The notes beneath the pieces were generated by a model. The model searched no databases. It was not told the DNA's origin and was given only the letters and a program-made list of their open reading frames with translations. A stretch of DNA of 64,000 nucleotides from an uncultured Candidatus Saccharibacteria bacterium (lineage in GTDB: Bacteria > Patescibacteriota > Doudnabacteria > UBA920 > O2-02-FULL-48-8): positions 198,771 to 262,770 of the forward strand of contig CAZSDS010000001.1 of NCBI GenBank assembly GCA_964605735.1, given 5' to 3'. Within the stretch, counting starts at the first letter, position 1. Every line of letters begins with the position of its first letter. Positions 10,691 to 20,135 of the stretch are shown here, one piece after another. A program made the position numbers and the translations under genes.

Positions 10691-10716
10691 AAGACCCGCA
10701 ATCTGCGGGTTTTTTG
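10691..10716. terminator. Intrinsic terminator
   Basis: AAGACCCGCA-atc-TGCGGGTTTTTTG after the M23 gene. Confidence 0.75.
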
Positions 10717-10742
10717 TTTCAATAAAAAAACGCTCAGACGAA

Positions 10743-11270
10743 TTATTTCTGAGCGGGTGCCTTGGCGTGGTCAAAGCTTGAGACCCGAAAACCTTCAAAC
10801 CACTCCATGAGCCTGCTTCGGCAAGGCGGTAGAGGGTCGCAGGATATCGCATACAAGCCTAGAAGATAGACCCAACCCATACCTGTTAGTCTAAGATCGG
10901 GACCAAAACAGAGGCAGTATGCTAGCAAGATTAGTCGGATGGCACACATCACTGGATCAATTTTGGCTGGGTTTTCCAATCCTTTGCTAAGACGTCTGTA
11001 AGCGATGGTTTCCAGGGATTCGATCCTGTAGACTACGATCAGGCCGACTCCTGACAGCAGTACAGCCGCAGCCATCATTGTGACAACCCTGGGCACCATG
11101 TCTTCTAATCCGGCAAACAAGCTGAAGAAAAACCAGAGAGCTAAGCAGCAGGCCAGGAGGAAAATTTGGTACCCTAGCCAAATGCAACTTCTTCCCGTTA
11201 GTCGCTGAATGCAATGGCACAGGCTTTCGGTGCGGGAGATTAGCCAGGCGTCGATTTTTGCCAATATCAC
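10743..11270 (-). CDS. Hypothetical multi-pass membrane protein
   Basis: Hydrophobic segments; AAGGAGG SD (true start probably TTG 11264); TTGTCA-17-TATGAT promoter upstream. Confidence 0.7.
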   Translation of the reverse strand: MILAKIDAWLISRTESLCHCIQRLTGRSCIWLGYQIFLLACCLALWFFFSLFAGLEDMVPRVVTMMAAAVLLSGVGLIVVYRIESLETIAYRRLSKGLENPAKIDPVMCAIRLILLAYCLCFGPDLRLTGMGWVYLLGLYAISCDPLPPCRSRLMEWFEGFRVSSFDHAKAPAQK

Positions 11271-11536
11271 ACCTCCTTGGAATGATGACCAATCATATCA
11301 CGGATAGGTGCCGCTGACAAGAGGTCGAATTTACGAAAACTGGAACTGCCCTACCTTAAAAATGATTTTAGCGGGGGAGGGGTTCTTTAAATGAATTAAC
11401 TTGGGTTGCGAGTGAGGGGAATAAAATAAAAAAAATTTTTCAAAAAATGAGAACAATAATATTAAATAGGGAACATAGAAGTGAATGAATTTGATCCGGC
11501 CAATTTGCTTATATTAAAGGTTTTTAAACTAACTAT

Positions 11537-11564
11537 GTGTCGCATAAGTACCATTGTGCGACAA
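11537..11564. other. Candidate dif-like tyrosine-recombinase site
   Basis: GTGTCGCATAA-GTACCA-TTGTGCGACAA: 11-6-11 layout, near-perfect inverted arms, CGCATAA core resembling the XerC arm of dif. Confidence 0.55.
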
Positions 11565-11685
11565 GCTTCTGCTCCCAGAATATCCTTCATTCAAGCGTTT
11601 TATAACCTCACCATCCTACATACTACCGTTCTCATTCATGACCGTAGTACTACTACGCTCTAGTTGAGAAAAATAATCTACGTTC

Positions 11686-12270
11686 CTAATGTTTGTATTT
11701 ATATTTACCAGTTTTTATATACTCTTCCAATGCCGGCATTAATTTATTGATATCAAGGGTAGACATCCTCCTTATAAATTTTTCTACTTCTTCCTTATTA
11801 GGATGCCATTTCTTTAGTTGAGTCAAGCGATTGGTAACTGTCTTGCGATATTTAACGACCGTGTTTAGGTTAAGTTTAACAGGTAACTCTATCCCTTTTT
11901 TTGTAAGTCTGGTGTACAAGACATTTAACCGAATTTTTTCTTTTTGCACTTCTAGTATACTTAAGGAATAATCGATCTCGTGATTTGGAATAGTATCTAT
12001 TATTTTGGTATAACGTTGTTTAGTTTCGTGAGTCAAAAATTTTTTAATCCATACCTCAGGTCTTTTTGGATGGTAATTGTAATATCCGCAGATAAGTACA
12101 ATTTTACCAAGTTCTTCTGCTGCATGACAAGTAAGTACAAAAGAAATTCCTGCATCGTTTTTTTCCATCTTTTCAGCGCACACTAAAAGTCGTTCTGCAT
12201 TAATAATGCAATTAATAATACCTTTAGCTAGTTGCTCAACGCTGTAGTTCATAAGATAAGTGGAATACAT
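11686..12270 (-). CDS. AbiV-family abortive infection protein (HEPN-like)
   Basis: IINAERLL..A, HAAEELGK, HETKQ and R...LY pattern; visibly more AT-rich than neighbours. Confidence 0.7.
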   Translation of the reverse strand: MYSTYLMNYSVEQLAKGIINCIINAERLLVCAEKMEKNDAGISFVLTCHAAEELGKIVLICGYYNYHPKRPEVWIKKFLTHETKQRYTKIIDTIPNHEIDYSLSILEVQKEKIRLNVLYTRLTKKGIELPVKLNLNTVVKYRKTVTNRLTQLKKWHPNKEEVEKFIRRMSTLDINKLMPALEEYIKTGKYKYKH

Positions 12271-12284
12271 TATTAGTAATAAAC

Positions 12285-12315
12285 AAAAAGAACTCAGTTT
12301 TAAGAGTTCTTTTTT
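12285..12315. terminator. Intrinsic terminator overlapping the C39 gene stop
   Basis: AAAAAGAACTC-agttttaa-GAGTTCTTTTT. Confidence 0.6.
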
Positions 12316-13052
12316 ACAACCATCATGACTGTGTCTGTTTTGTGATAGCCTTCGTGGGTTCCAGTTTCATATTCGTAAATTGAACTGATTACATTATCAT
12401 ATTTGAACTTGAAGTGTCTGCCGTTACGGGTGCCCGGATCGTTTGTGATAAATTCCTTGGTGGTGTCGTCATATCCAATGATCGGTAGCATGTGGGTTAG
12501 CGGGCCAGCGCCGGTGTAGTTTGGGTTGTCTAAAATTTGGCCATTTGTTGGAACAATCACTATATTCCCCTTCGCCAACTCTTCTTTAATATCTTCAGAA
12601 GTAATTTTGCGGCGAATTTCATAATTACTGTGCTTGTAATATTCTTCGAACAATTTTCCGGTATCAACAATTGACCGGTCCACATAACCTCCCAGGTGCT
12701 GAGCTTGGTATTCTGATACAGCAATAATTTCAGCTTCAGCTTGCTGCATGGTCATGGTTTTTCCTGTCAGCCACAAATGTGCCATCAAAATAGATGCTTC
12801 CTCGCATCCGTCCTGCTGTCTGGGATCAGACCATTTGGCGGTAGGCGCCTGCGGGATGAAGGGCACATCAATCAAGACCTTATCAGGGGTGATAACGTCT
12901 GGTTCGCGTTGTTCGTTTTCACGTTCAATAGCCTGCTGGTTTTGGTTTTGCTGGACACCTTGATAAAACTCGCGGGTGTCGTCACGAAAAAAAACATAAG
13001 CGACTCCCCCCGCCAATCCAATTATGACTATAAAAATTAGAAATTTTTTCAT
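12300..13052 (-). CDS. Membrane-anchored C39-like peptidase
   Basis: N-terminal TM, VPFIPQAP, GCEEAS (catalytic Cys), HMLPIIGYD and NDPG motifs. Confidence 0.85.
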   Translation of the reverse strand: MKKFLIFIVIIGLAGGVAYVFFRDDTREFYQGVQQNQNQQAIERENEQREPDVITPDKVLIDVPFIPQAPTAKWSDPRQQDGCEEASILMAHLWLTGKTMTMQQAEAEIIAVSEYQAQHLGGYVDRSIVDTGKLFEEYYKHSNYEIRRKITSEDIKEELAKGNIVIVPTNGQILDNPNYTGAGPLTHMLPIIGYDDTTKEFITNDPGTRNGRHFKFKYDNVISSIYEYETGTHEGYHKTDTVMMVVKKNS

Positions 13053-13056
13053 AAAT

Positions 13057-13722
13057 TTATTCTCTTGACTCTATAACACGATCTTTACCTGCGCGCTTTG
13101 CTTCGTACAAGGCCTGGTCAGCTCGCTTGAACACTTCCCCCATATCATCGTCCATATTAAAGTCTGTAACTCCCCCACTAAGCGTGATGGTTGTTTCTTT
13201 TCCTTCGATTGAGGTTTGGACATTAACCCTTGCGCGTCCAACCTCTTCTCCATCTTTTTTCTGGTAAAGCTTGTTGATGATTCCTTCAGAATCGGTTTTA
13301 TCGAACACGACAACAAATTCTTCACCACCCCAACGAGCAACTAAATCCGTTTTTCTAACTGAGGATTTCAGGTGTGAAGCGACGGCCTTGAGAATTTCAT
13401 CACCAACATCATGGCCAAACGCATCATTAACAATTTTAAAGTTATCGATGTCCAGAACAAGCATTGAACCTCTTGTGGTTTTTGCATTCTCTGGCCGGCC
13501 GAGTTGTTTGCGTTCAAGATTGAGCTTTAAACCATTAAGATTTAGTATTCCAGTCTTTGAATCAAAATATGCAAGTTTTTCAAGCTCCGCGATTTTATCC
13601 TGGCTCTGCTTGAGCTGTTCTTTCAGTTCAGCGTTTTCAGCCTGCAGGGTTTCCACTGCTTCCAGTGTTTCCTGCTTTGCTTCCGTTTGCTCTGGTTTAA
13701 AACCAATTTTTTCTGGGTTCAT
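13057..13722 (-). CDS. Diguanylate cyclase (coiled coil + GGDEF)
   Basis: DIDNFK.VND.FGH..GD, RWGGEEF and AD.ALY.AK..G motifs. Confidence 0.92.
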   Translation of the reverse strand: MNPEKIGFKPEQTEAKQETLEAVETLQAENAELKEQLKQSQDKIAELEKLAYFDSKTGILNLNGLKLNLERKQLGRPENAKTTRGSMLVLDIDNFKIVNDAFGHDVGDEILKAVASHLKSSVRKTDLVARWGGEEFVVVFDKTDSEGIINKLYQKKDGEEVGRARVNVQTSIEGKETTITLSGGVTDFNMDDDMGEVFKRADQALYEAKRAGKDRVIESRE

Positions 13723-13746
13723 ATTGTTAGGATTATTCTATCAGGC

Positions 13747-14718
13747 TTAAATGCTCACCGCAAAGTGCATTTGCACGATTTTCGCTACTTCATCAGCGTT
13801 TTTGGCATTGTACAGTTCCACTCGCATCTCTGAAGCGCCAGGGTAGTTATTAACGTAGGCTTTATAATGCTTTTTCATAATGTCAAAACTTTTGATGCTT
13901 TTAAAGAGTTGTTCAAATAAATATGTGTGTTCCAGCATGACTTTCAAACGTTCTTCCAGAGGAATGGCTTCTTTGTCCCTGCCAGTAAACAGCCAAGGAT
14001 TTCCAAAAATTCCTCGTCCGAGCATTACGCCGTCACATCCGGTTTCTTTGGTTTTGCTGACAGCTTCTGAAATTGTTTTGACATCGCCGTTGCCGAGCAG
14101 TAATGGCCTGTCTTCTTCTTTTATTGCTTTAACCAGTTCAACAATCCGCGGCATCAATTCCCAGTGCGCCGGTACAAGCGACATTTCTTTGACTGTGCGC
14201 AAGTGCACTGTCAGCGCGGCTGGTTTGGTTTCCAGGATCGCAGGAATCCAGGTGTCGATTTCGTTCTTGTAAAATCCGATTCTGGTTTTTACAGAGACTG
14301 GCAAGTCCCCTGCCCCATCCTTTGTAGCGGAAACAATTTCTTTGGCAAGCGCTGGGTCTTTAATCAGCGCTGAGCAGGAATTTTGGTTAAGAACTTTTTT
14401 GACGGGACAACCCATATTAATGTCAACTCCATCAAAGCCGAGTTCTTTTACCATTTTGGCAACTTTGTAAAAATTTTCAGGATTAGACCCAAAAATCTGC
14501 GCGACAATCGGGCGCTGAGTTTCGGTGTACATGAAATCAACCAGAAGCCTTTCCTGACCAGGTGAAAGCAAACCGTCGATTGAAACGAATTCGGTCCACA
14601 TGACATCCGGTTTTCCGTACTTGGCAATAATACGACGAAAAGCCTCGTCCGTAACATCTGCCATTGGAGCGAGGGCCATAATTGGTTTTTTTAGTTTTGA
14701 CCAGAATCCGGTATTCAT
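13747..14718 (-). CDS. tRNA-dihydrouridine synthase
   Basis: LAPMADVTD, DINMGCP, VSVKTRIG, GNGD and GVMLGRG motifs; start trimmed to ATG 14718. Confidence 0.93.
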   Translation of the reverse strand: MNTGFWSKLKKPIMALAPMADVTDEAFRRIIAKYGKPDVMWTEFVSIDGLLSPGQERLLVDFMYTETQRPIVAQIFGSNPENFYKVAKMVKELGFDGVDINMGCPVKKVLNQNSCSALIKDPALAKEIVSATKDGAGDLPVSVKTRIGFYKNEIDTWIPAILETKPAALTVHLRTVKEMSLVPAHWELMPRIVELVKAIKEEDRPLLLGNGDVKTISEAVSKTKETGCDGVMLGRGIFGNPWLFTGRDKEAIPLEERLKVMLEHTYLFEQLFKSIKSFDIMKKHYKAYVNNYPGASEMRVELYNAKNADEVAKIVQMHFAVSI

Positions 14719-14829
14719 AATTTCTTTATAAACGGCTTTAATTGTACCAGAAACTGGCAAAAATTTCAAGGCTGATGGTATTTGTAATTGATCCCGGTCC
14801 AGTATATACTCCTTGAACAAGGAGGGCAT

Positions 14830-15246
14830 ATGAGAACAGACATAGCCGTGAACAACAAAAGACGTACTGTGACGGATTTTGTCAGACAGCATGTGCCTGA
14901 TGGTACGGATTGGCCTTTAGTTGAGACCGCCAAAGATATTTTTGCAAAAGCGGTTATTGCGGGGTTTGTCACAACCCACAAATCAGTCGAGCAGATCCTG
15001 GTAAGGATTAGAAGAGTAAGGCTGGGTGGAACCAAAGCGAGCAATCGCGAAAAGTACCAGCAAAACCTTAGCGCGATGGCCACGGTTTTGGCTGAAAAGG
15101 AACAGCAGATCGAAAACCTCCGTGTGCAATTTCTGGCTGAAGTTGAGAAGAACAAGAACCTTCAGTGCCGAATTGATTACCTACAAGGTCTTCTGTTAAG
15201 CATTCAAGAAGGCATCAATGAAGCGAATATCCCCGTTGACGACTAG
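14830..15246 (+). CDS. Hypothetical protein with a C-terminal coiled coil
   Basis: TTGTAA-17-TATACT promoter and AAGGAGG SD before ATG 14830. Confidence 0.7.
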   Translation: MRTDIAVNNKRRTVTDFVRQHVPDGTDWPLVETAKDIFAKAVIAGFVTTHKSVEQILVRIRRVRLGGTKASNREKYQQNLSAMATVLAEKEQQIENLRVQFLAEVEKNKNLQCRIDYLQGLLLSIQEGINEANIPVDD

Positions 15247-15266
15247 ACTTGCACGAGCAAGTCTTT

Positions 15267-16541
15267 TTATTTCTTTTTGCCGAAACTCAGTTTCATTGTC
15301 AGGATTTTGTCCGTGGAAAAGATTTTTCCTGCAACCATAATAAAAATCAGGAAAAGTGCAACCAGATAGATCATGCCATAAACAACTGGCTGGTATTGCC
15401 CGAGCATTATGTTTGGCGCGGCTTGGAAAACATGCGTGAAGGGAATCGCCAAAACCAGCCATCTTAACCCTGCAGAAACTGTGTTCAAATCCAGGAAGAA
15501 AACCAAAAAATAAGGGATCAAAACCATGATCATGAGAGGAGAGATTACACCTTGCGCGCCTTTTGTGTCTTCTGCCAATGAACCCAGGATCAGCGCTATT
15601 GATAATGCCACTAAAATTCCCAGAAACAGAACGCCGCCGAGCATCATGTAGTCTCCGGTGTTCATGGTGATGCCAAGCTGCTCAATGGCAGTTCTGTCCA
15701 CCCCGCTATTCCCTCCTGGGTTGTTTGCCAGACCGTTTATGTAACTGCTTAGCCCTATTAAGTAAAAACCTGAGCTTACAAGGGCGATCAGCCCTGCTGC
15801 TACCAATTTAGCCGCGACAATGGCATTCCTGTTTATAGGCGAGGATAAAAGCGTTTCCAGGGTTTTATTTTCTTTCTCTGAGGCAATGGACGTGGCAATC
15901 AGACTGGCCGCAAAAGTGATCACCATCATCAAGACAATTGGGATAAAAGTTGCCTGGGAAGTAATAAACCCCGTGACCTGGCCTATGGCCACATCCGCTT
16001 GTTTGTCCCTGACGATTGTATGGTTTTGCACCACCAGCGGGTTCGATAATTTTTGCAAATCAGCATTAGGCGCAGCTTGCTTAATGAGCTGATTGCTGAA
16101 AGCCTGGTTGATTGCGCCAAGAACCGGGCTTAAGTCAGCACGGGAGGCGCCCATGAAAGAAAAGCTTTTTATAATATAAAAAACTTCAAGGTTTGTCTGC
16201 TGGTTTTGCAGCATGTTGTCTTCAAACTCGTTGGGAATGAAAACGAAAGCTTTCTTGTCCGACTCCTTTGCCTTAATCAAAGCAATGTCTTTATCAACCT
16301 CTCCAGTTACTTCCACCTGAAAGCCGCTTTCCGTCAAAATCTCTATAAGCTGTCTGGAAGATTCTGAGCTGTCCAGGTCCATAACGCTGATTGCTCTCCC
16401 CTGTTCGGTTTTTTGCGATTCGCTGCCCGCGACTTTTCCTATAAAGAAAAAGACAATGACAATCAAAATAAGGGGTAGAATTATTTGGAGGGTCAGGAGT
16501 TCTCGGATTTCTTTTTTCAACAGGACAAAAAATTTTTTCAT
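15267..16541 (-). CDS. ABC-2 type permease (NatB-like)
   Basis: KKEIRELL, SIASEKENKTLETLLSSP and multiple TM helices. Confidence 0.9.
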   Translation of the reverse strand: MKKFFVLLKKEIRELLTLQIILPLILIVIVFFFIGKVAGSESQKTEQGRAISVMDLDSSESSRQLIEILTESGFQVEVTGEVDKDIALIKAKESDKKAFVFIPNEFEDNMLQNQQTNLEVFYIIKSFSFMGASRADLSPVLGAINQAFSNQLIKQAAPNADLQKLSNPLVVQNHTIVRDKQADVAIGQVTGFITSQATFIPIVLMMVITFAASLIATSIASEKENKTLETLLSSPINRNAIVAAKLVAAGLIALVSSGFYLIGLSSYINGLANNPGGNSGVDRTAIEQLGITMNTGDYMMLGGVLFLGILVALSIALILGSLAEDTKGAQGVISPLMIMVLIPYFLVFFLDLNTVSAGLRWLVLAIPFTHVFQAAPNIMLGQYQPVVYGMIYLVALFLIFIMVAGKIFSTDKILTMKLSFGKKK

Positions 16542-16543
16542 GT

Positions 16544-17269
16544 TTAGTTGCGCTGGGTCAATTTAATAAATACTTCTTCCAGGTTTTCTGACTGGTATTT
16601 TTGTTTCAATTCCTGGCTGGTGCCGGTTTCTTTGATCTCACCTTTATAAATTATGGCCAGCCTGTCAGACAAAAATTCAATTTCAAGCATGTTGTGGCTG
16701 GATAAAAGAACTGTCATACCCTCTCTAGCCAGCTGGCGGATGGTGTAGCGGACTTCCAGGGCATTGATTACGTCCAATCCGCTTGTCGGTTCGTCCATGA
16801 TGGCAAGTTTTGGTCTGGACATGACAGTGCGGGCGAGCAGGAGTTTTCTGGTCATTCCTTTGCTGTAGGTTTTGATTTTATCCTTGAGCCGGTCCTTCAA
16901 TCCAGTCATTTCTTTCCCGAATTCCAGAAACTGCTTTTGCTTGGCTGAATCATCTGTTTGGATTGCGGCCATAAATTGCAAATAACCCAAACCTGTCAGG
17001 TTTTTGTAAGCGCCAGCTTCTTCTGGCAGATAGCTGATGATTTCTCTGACTTTGTGGGCGTCTTTTTTTACGTCCAAACCAAAAATCTCCACGTCACCGC
17101 TCGTGATGGTTAATATTGTGGCTATCATTTTAAGCGTGGTGGATTTACCTGCTCCGTTAGGTCCAATCAAGCTGAAAATTTCATTTGGTAGGACGGTAAA
17201 ATTGACGTTATTGACTGCCTTAAAATTGCCGTAATTTTTTGTTAGGTTAGTGAGTTTGAGTGCTTCCAT
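16544..17269 (-). CDS. ABC transporter ATP-binding protein (NatA-like)
   Basis: GPNGAGKST, YSKGM and MDEPTSGLD motifs; start ATG 17269. Confidence 0.93.
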   Translation of the reverse strand: MEALKLTNLTKNYGNFKAVNNVNFTVLPNEIFSLIGPNGAGKSTTLKMIATILTITSGDVEIFGLDVKKDAHKVREIISYLPEEAGAYKNLTGLGYLQFMAAIQTDDSAKQKQFLEFGKEMTGLKDRLKDKIKTYSKGMTRKLLLARTVMSRPKLAIMDEPTSGLDVINALEVRYTIRQLAREGMTVLLSSHNMLEIEFLSDRLAIIYKGEIKETGTSQELKQKYQSENLEEVFIKLTQRN

Positions 17270-17373
17270 ATGGTTATTTGCAGAATAATATATTGGGCTA
17301 ATTTGGGCAACAGTTATTGTGATATAATACGGCGGGAACGGTTGCAAAGCATGATGAAAGGAGGCGAAATAAA

Positions 17374-18294
17374 ATGAAAACCGGATTTTACATGGCAATT
17401 GAAGGTCCTAGCCGGTCAGGCAAAACCACCCAGATCAAGAATCTGACCGAGTTCTGGCAGAAGAATTACCCAGAGCCTCTGGTGGTGACAAGGGAGCCTG
17501 GAGCTGGCCCGGGGCAATCGGAAATCGCGGACAAGATCCGTGACATTGTCCAGGGAGAGACTGCCCAGGGGTTCAAGGAAGAAATGAATCCGTGGGCTGA
17601 AGCCTGCTTGTACGCAGCGACCCGAGCCCAGACTCTGAGGCGGGTTGTTTTCCCTGCTCTGAGAAAGGGCCACAACGTGCTGGCTGACAGGTCTTTTGTC
17701 AGCAGCCTGGCATTCCAGGGCGGCGGCCGCGGGCTGGGGATTTCCCGAGTGATGGAGCTGAACCTGATTGCCATCACGGATTGGGACACTCCCGAGCGCC
17801 TCGGTGATTGGGGCAAAGTCGTAAAAGGCGAGATTGCCAAGTGCATCTACAATGAGCTTGTGGCCCAGAAGTTTCCTGGGGAAGAGCTTGAACGAGTGGC
17901 TTCCAACCTCCTCTACATGGCTTGCGAGGCTCAGACTACTGGGAATATAACTATCCCAGCCAACTCCCTACCATCAGAATGCAGCCAGGTGCGCTGCCAC
18001 ATGGCGCCGTTCTTGGTTCTGCATTTGGACATCAGTCCCGAGGAAATTTTCCGAAGGGAGCTGGATGTTAAAGGCGACAAGTTCGAAGGTCTGGACATTC
18101 AGTTCCACAGAAGGGTCCGCGACGCGTACTTTGAGTGCAAGGAGCGGGCACCGGTCATAAACTGGGTCACTGTCAACGGCGATCCAGAGCCAGGACTTAC
18201 GCCTGCACAGCTTGCCAATGAAGTTGAACTGAGAAAGGCAAGGGTTTTCGAAAAGATCATTAAGGGCATTAGCCCTTACCTCCCGCGTGCTTAG
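17374..18294 (+). CDS. tmk: Thymidylate kinase with an internal insertion
   Basis: IEGPSRSGKTTQ P-loop, TREPG, DRSFVSSLAFQG and DKFE...FH.RVR.AY motifs. Confidence 0.88.
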   Translation: MKTGFYMAIEGPSRSGKTTQIKNLTEFWQKNYPEPLVVTREPGAGPGQSEIADKIRDIVQGETAQGFKEEMNPWAEACLYAATRAQTLRRVVFPALRKGHNVLADRSFVSSLAFQGGGRGLGISRVMELNLIAITDWDTPERLGDWGKVVKGEIAKCIYNELVAQKFPGEELERVASNLLYMACEAQTTGNITIPANSLPSECSQVRCHMAPFLVLHLDISPEEIFRRELDVKGDKFEGLDIQFHRRVRDAYFECKERAPVINWVTVNGDPEPGLTPAQLANEVELRKARVFEKIIKGISPYLPRA

Positions 18295-18357
18295 GTTTCG
18301 CGGGAGTTTTTATTTAATAAAAAAACTGCGACGATAGTCTGTCGCAGTTTGGTCTTT

Positions 18358-19977
18358 TTACTTTGCTGAATTTTCCTGAATTTGCTTCAGCCTCCGCTGA
18401 GTGGCAATTTCAGAATCCAGCCGGACCAGTTCTGGGTCTTCGCGGGTCTCAACGAAGCTCATGCCGCTGAAAATGGTCGGATGAACCTCGAGCCCAAGCT
18501 GATACATCTGTTTGGCGAGCTTCCTGTATCCTGGATGACCGTCCAGCCCGGATCTGAGTTCGATGAGGTGGTACGCTTCCCTCGCATTGGTGATGAAGCT
18601 ATAACGCATCTGGTGTCCCATCAGGGTTGCATACTGGGCCTCTTCCGTGAATCCTGCTTCATACAAGTGTGCGTACAGTGCTTCCGAGATGCGGTAGCAA
18701 CGCCTGTAGTCTTCCTCAAACCCAGCGTCAATGATTGTCTGCGGAACGTGGTAGCCGTAATGCGGCGTAAGCTGCTGCCATTCCAAAGCATCCACCATGC
18801 GGTGCCGCTGGAGGTCACGGAACGTGCCATAATCTCCAACAAAACTCCACTCATAGTGCGCTTTTTCAAAGGCGCGCCCAGGCCGGTGCCTTCGGTTCCC
18901 TCTCTCTCCGATGTACGCCATCAGGATGCGGCGCTTTTCGTCATCAGACAGATCTGCAACTGCATCCCTGACCTGATAGTGCGAGGCATGTACGCCAGGG
19001 GCACCAAACAGAATCTTCTCCACGATACTCAGTTCGTTTCTTGGCCAGTAATCCAGCAGCTCAACGCGAGGATCGAACTTCGAACCCAGTTCCCATTCAT
19101 CATCTTTCATGAGCTGCAGGTTTTTTGCAATGCGGGTCGCCTCCCTTCTGGTGGCCTTGATGTGGTTGATGGTTGCAATCCCGCGGTGCGGCAGGTCAGT
19201 GCGCTCGAAAAACGGTGCAGCCACCATCCTGACGTGCTTGAGGATTTGCTCCCCGAGCTCGTTGAACTCCTGCAGGTTCCAGGCCATAAGGTTCATGATC
19301 ATGCGGTCAATAGCCTGCGCACTCCCAACCAAACCAATATTGGAAAGAGTTGCTGCAGGAAGCACAGAACGAACAGCATCGCACGCCTTGGAACGGGTAG
19401 AGTTGAGCCAGGCAGTGCGATTCTCGGGGCTGTCGAGCGGGATCGCCTTGCGGTAGTGTTCGGTCAGCTCTCTGACCATCTTGGAGTACGTGTCGAACAG
19501 CAGAGTCATCTGCTGATCGTAGTGAATACGGAGGTTCTCAGTCAGGTTCTTTGGCGTGTAGAATAGGTAGCGGCCATCCGCGTCCTTTTGGTCAAAGAAA
19601 ATGTATCGGGTCGACTGTTCAAGATACGCCTGGAGCCTTCCCCACTCCACTGCTTTTGTGGCGAGGTTTGAGATCCTCACCAACCCAATGTGGATGCAAA
19701 TAAGCTGTGCCACGGAATCATCACCAAAACCGGTAACGATCTTGCTGGCCATGTCTGAGGCCTTTGACGGGTCTTGGGCAAACTCATCAGCAATGATCGC
19801 CCTGATGTCGTATTGGCTGCGGGACAGCCGGGCCATGGCAGCCGCGGAAAGAATTGGGCTGCCGCCCTTAAAGGCGTAGACAGAACTGTCCACGTCAGTG
19901 ACGATTTCGGAAAGGTACTTTCTCCCTTCATCGGTGATGCGCGGAATCGGTCCACTTTTGTCCAAATACGGGTTCAT
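18358..19977 (-). CDS. thyX: FAD-dependent thymidylate synthase, tandem Thy1-domain type
   Basis: MARLSRS, FGDDSVAQL, EQSTRY, D.VR.VLP, FRDLQRHR and H.IELRS...GH..YR motifs. Confidence 0.9.
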   Translation of the reverse strand: MNPYLDKSGPIPRITDEGRKYLSEIVTDVDSSVYAFKGGSPILSAAAMARLSRSQYDIRAIIADEFAQDPSKASDMASKIVTGFGDDSVAQLICIHIGLVRISNLATKAVEWGRLQAYLEQSTRYIFFDQKDADGRYLFYTPKNLTENLRIHYDQQMTLLFDTYSKMVRELTEHYRKAIPLDSPENRTAWLNSTRSKACDAVRSVLPAATLSNIGLVGSAQAIDRMIMNLMAWNLQEFNELGEQILKHVRMVAAPFFERTDLPHRGIATINHIKATRREATRIAKNLQLMKDDEWELGSKFDPRVELLDYWPRNELSIVEKILFGAPGVHASHYQVRDAVADLSDDEKRRILMAYIGERGNRRHRPGRAFEKAHYEWSFVGDYGTFRDLQRHRMVDALEWQQLTPHYGYHVPQTIIDAGFEEDYRRCYRISEALYAHLYEAGFTEEAQYATLMGHQMRYSFITNAREAYHLIELRSGLDGHPGYRKLAKQMYQLGLEVHPTIFSGMSFVETREDPELVRLDSEIATQRRLKQIQENSAK

Positions 19978-20135
19978 AAGTCAAATCCTCCATTAAGCGT
20001 TGCCAAATGTGCTTGGCTTATTATATTTGTTGCGCCTTTACGTTGCAACTTACCTGAAAAAGTGATCTTGCCCAAAAGCCAGGGTTTTACTAAACTATCA
20101 GCAGTTCTTAAGCACAAATCACAACCGGAGGATGT

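Noticed and set aside
14719-14892. N-terminal extensions in the ORF track (dus; also ABC ATPase, rplA, atpD, atpF, 22787 and 42054 ORFs)
   Set aside because: They overlap neighbouring genes or regulatory hairpins; downstream ATGs match family N-termini better.
17794-18006. Intein in tmk
   Set aside because: Too short, and lacks the N-terminal C/S and C-terminal HN-C/S/T splice motifs.
18382-19566. 394-aa plus-strand ORF
   Set aside because: Entirely antisense to thyX with no recognisable motifs; a shadow ORF.
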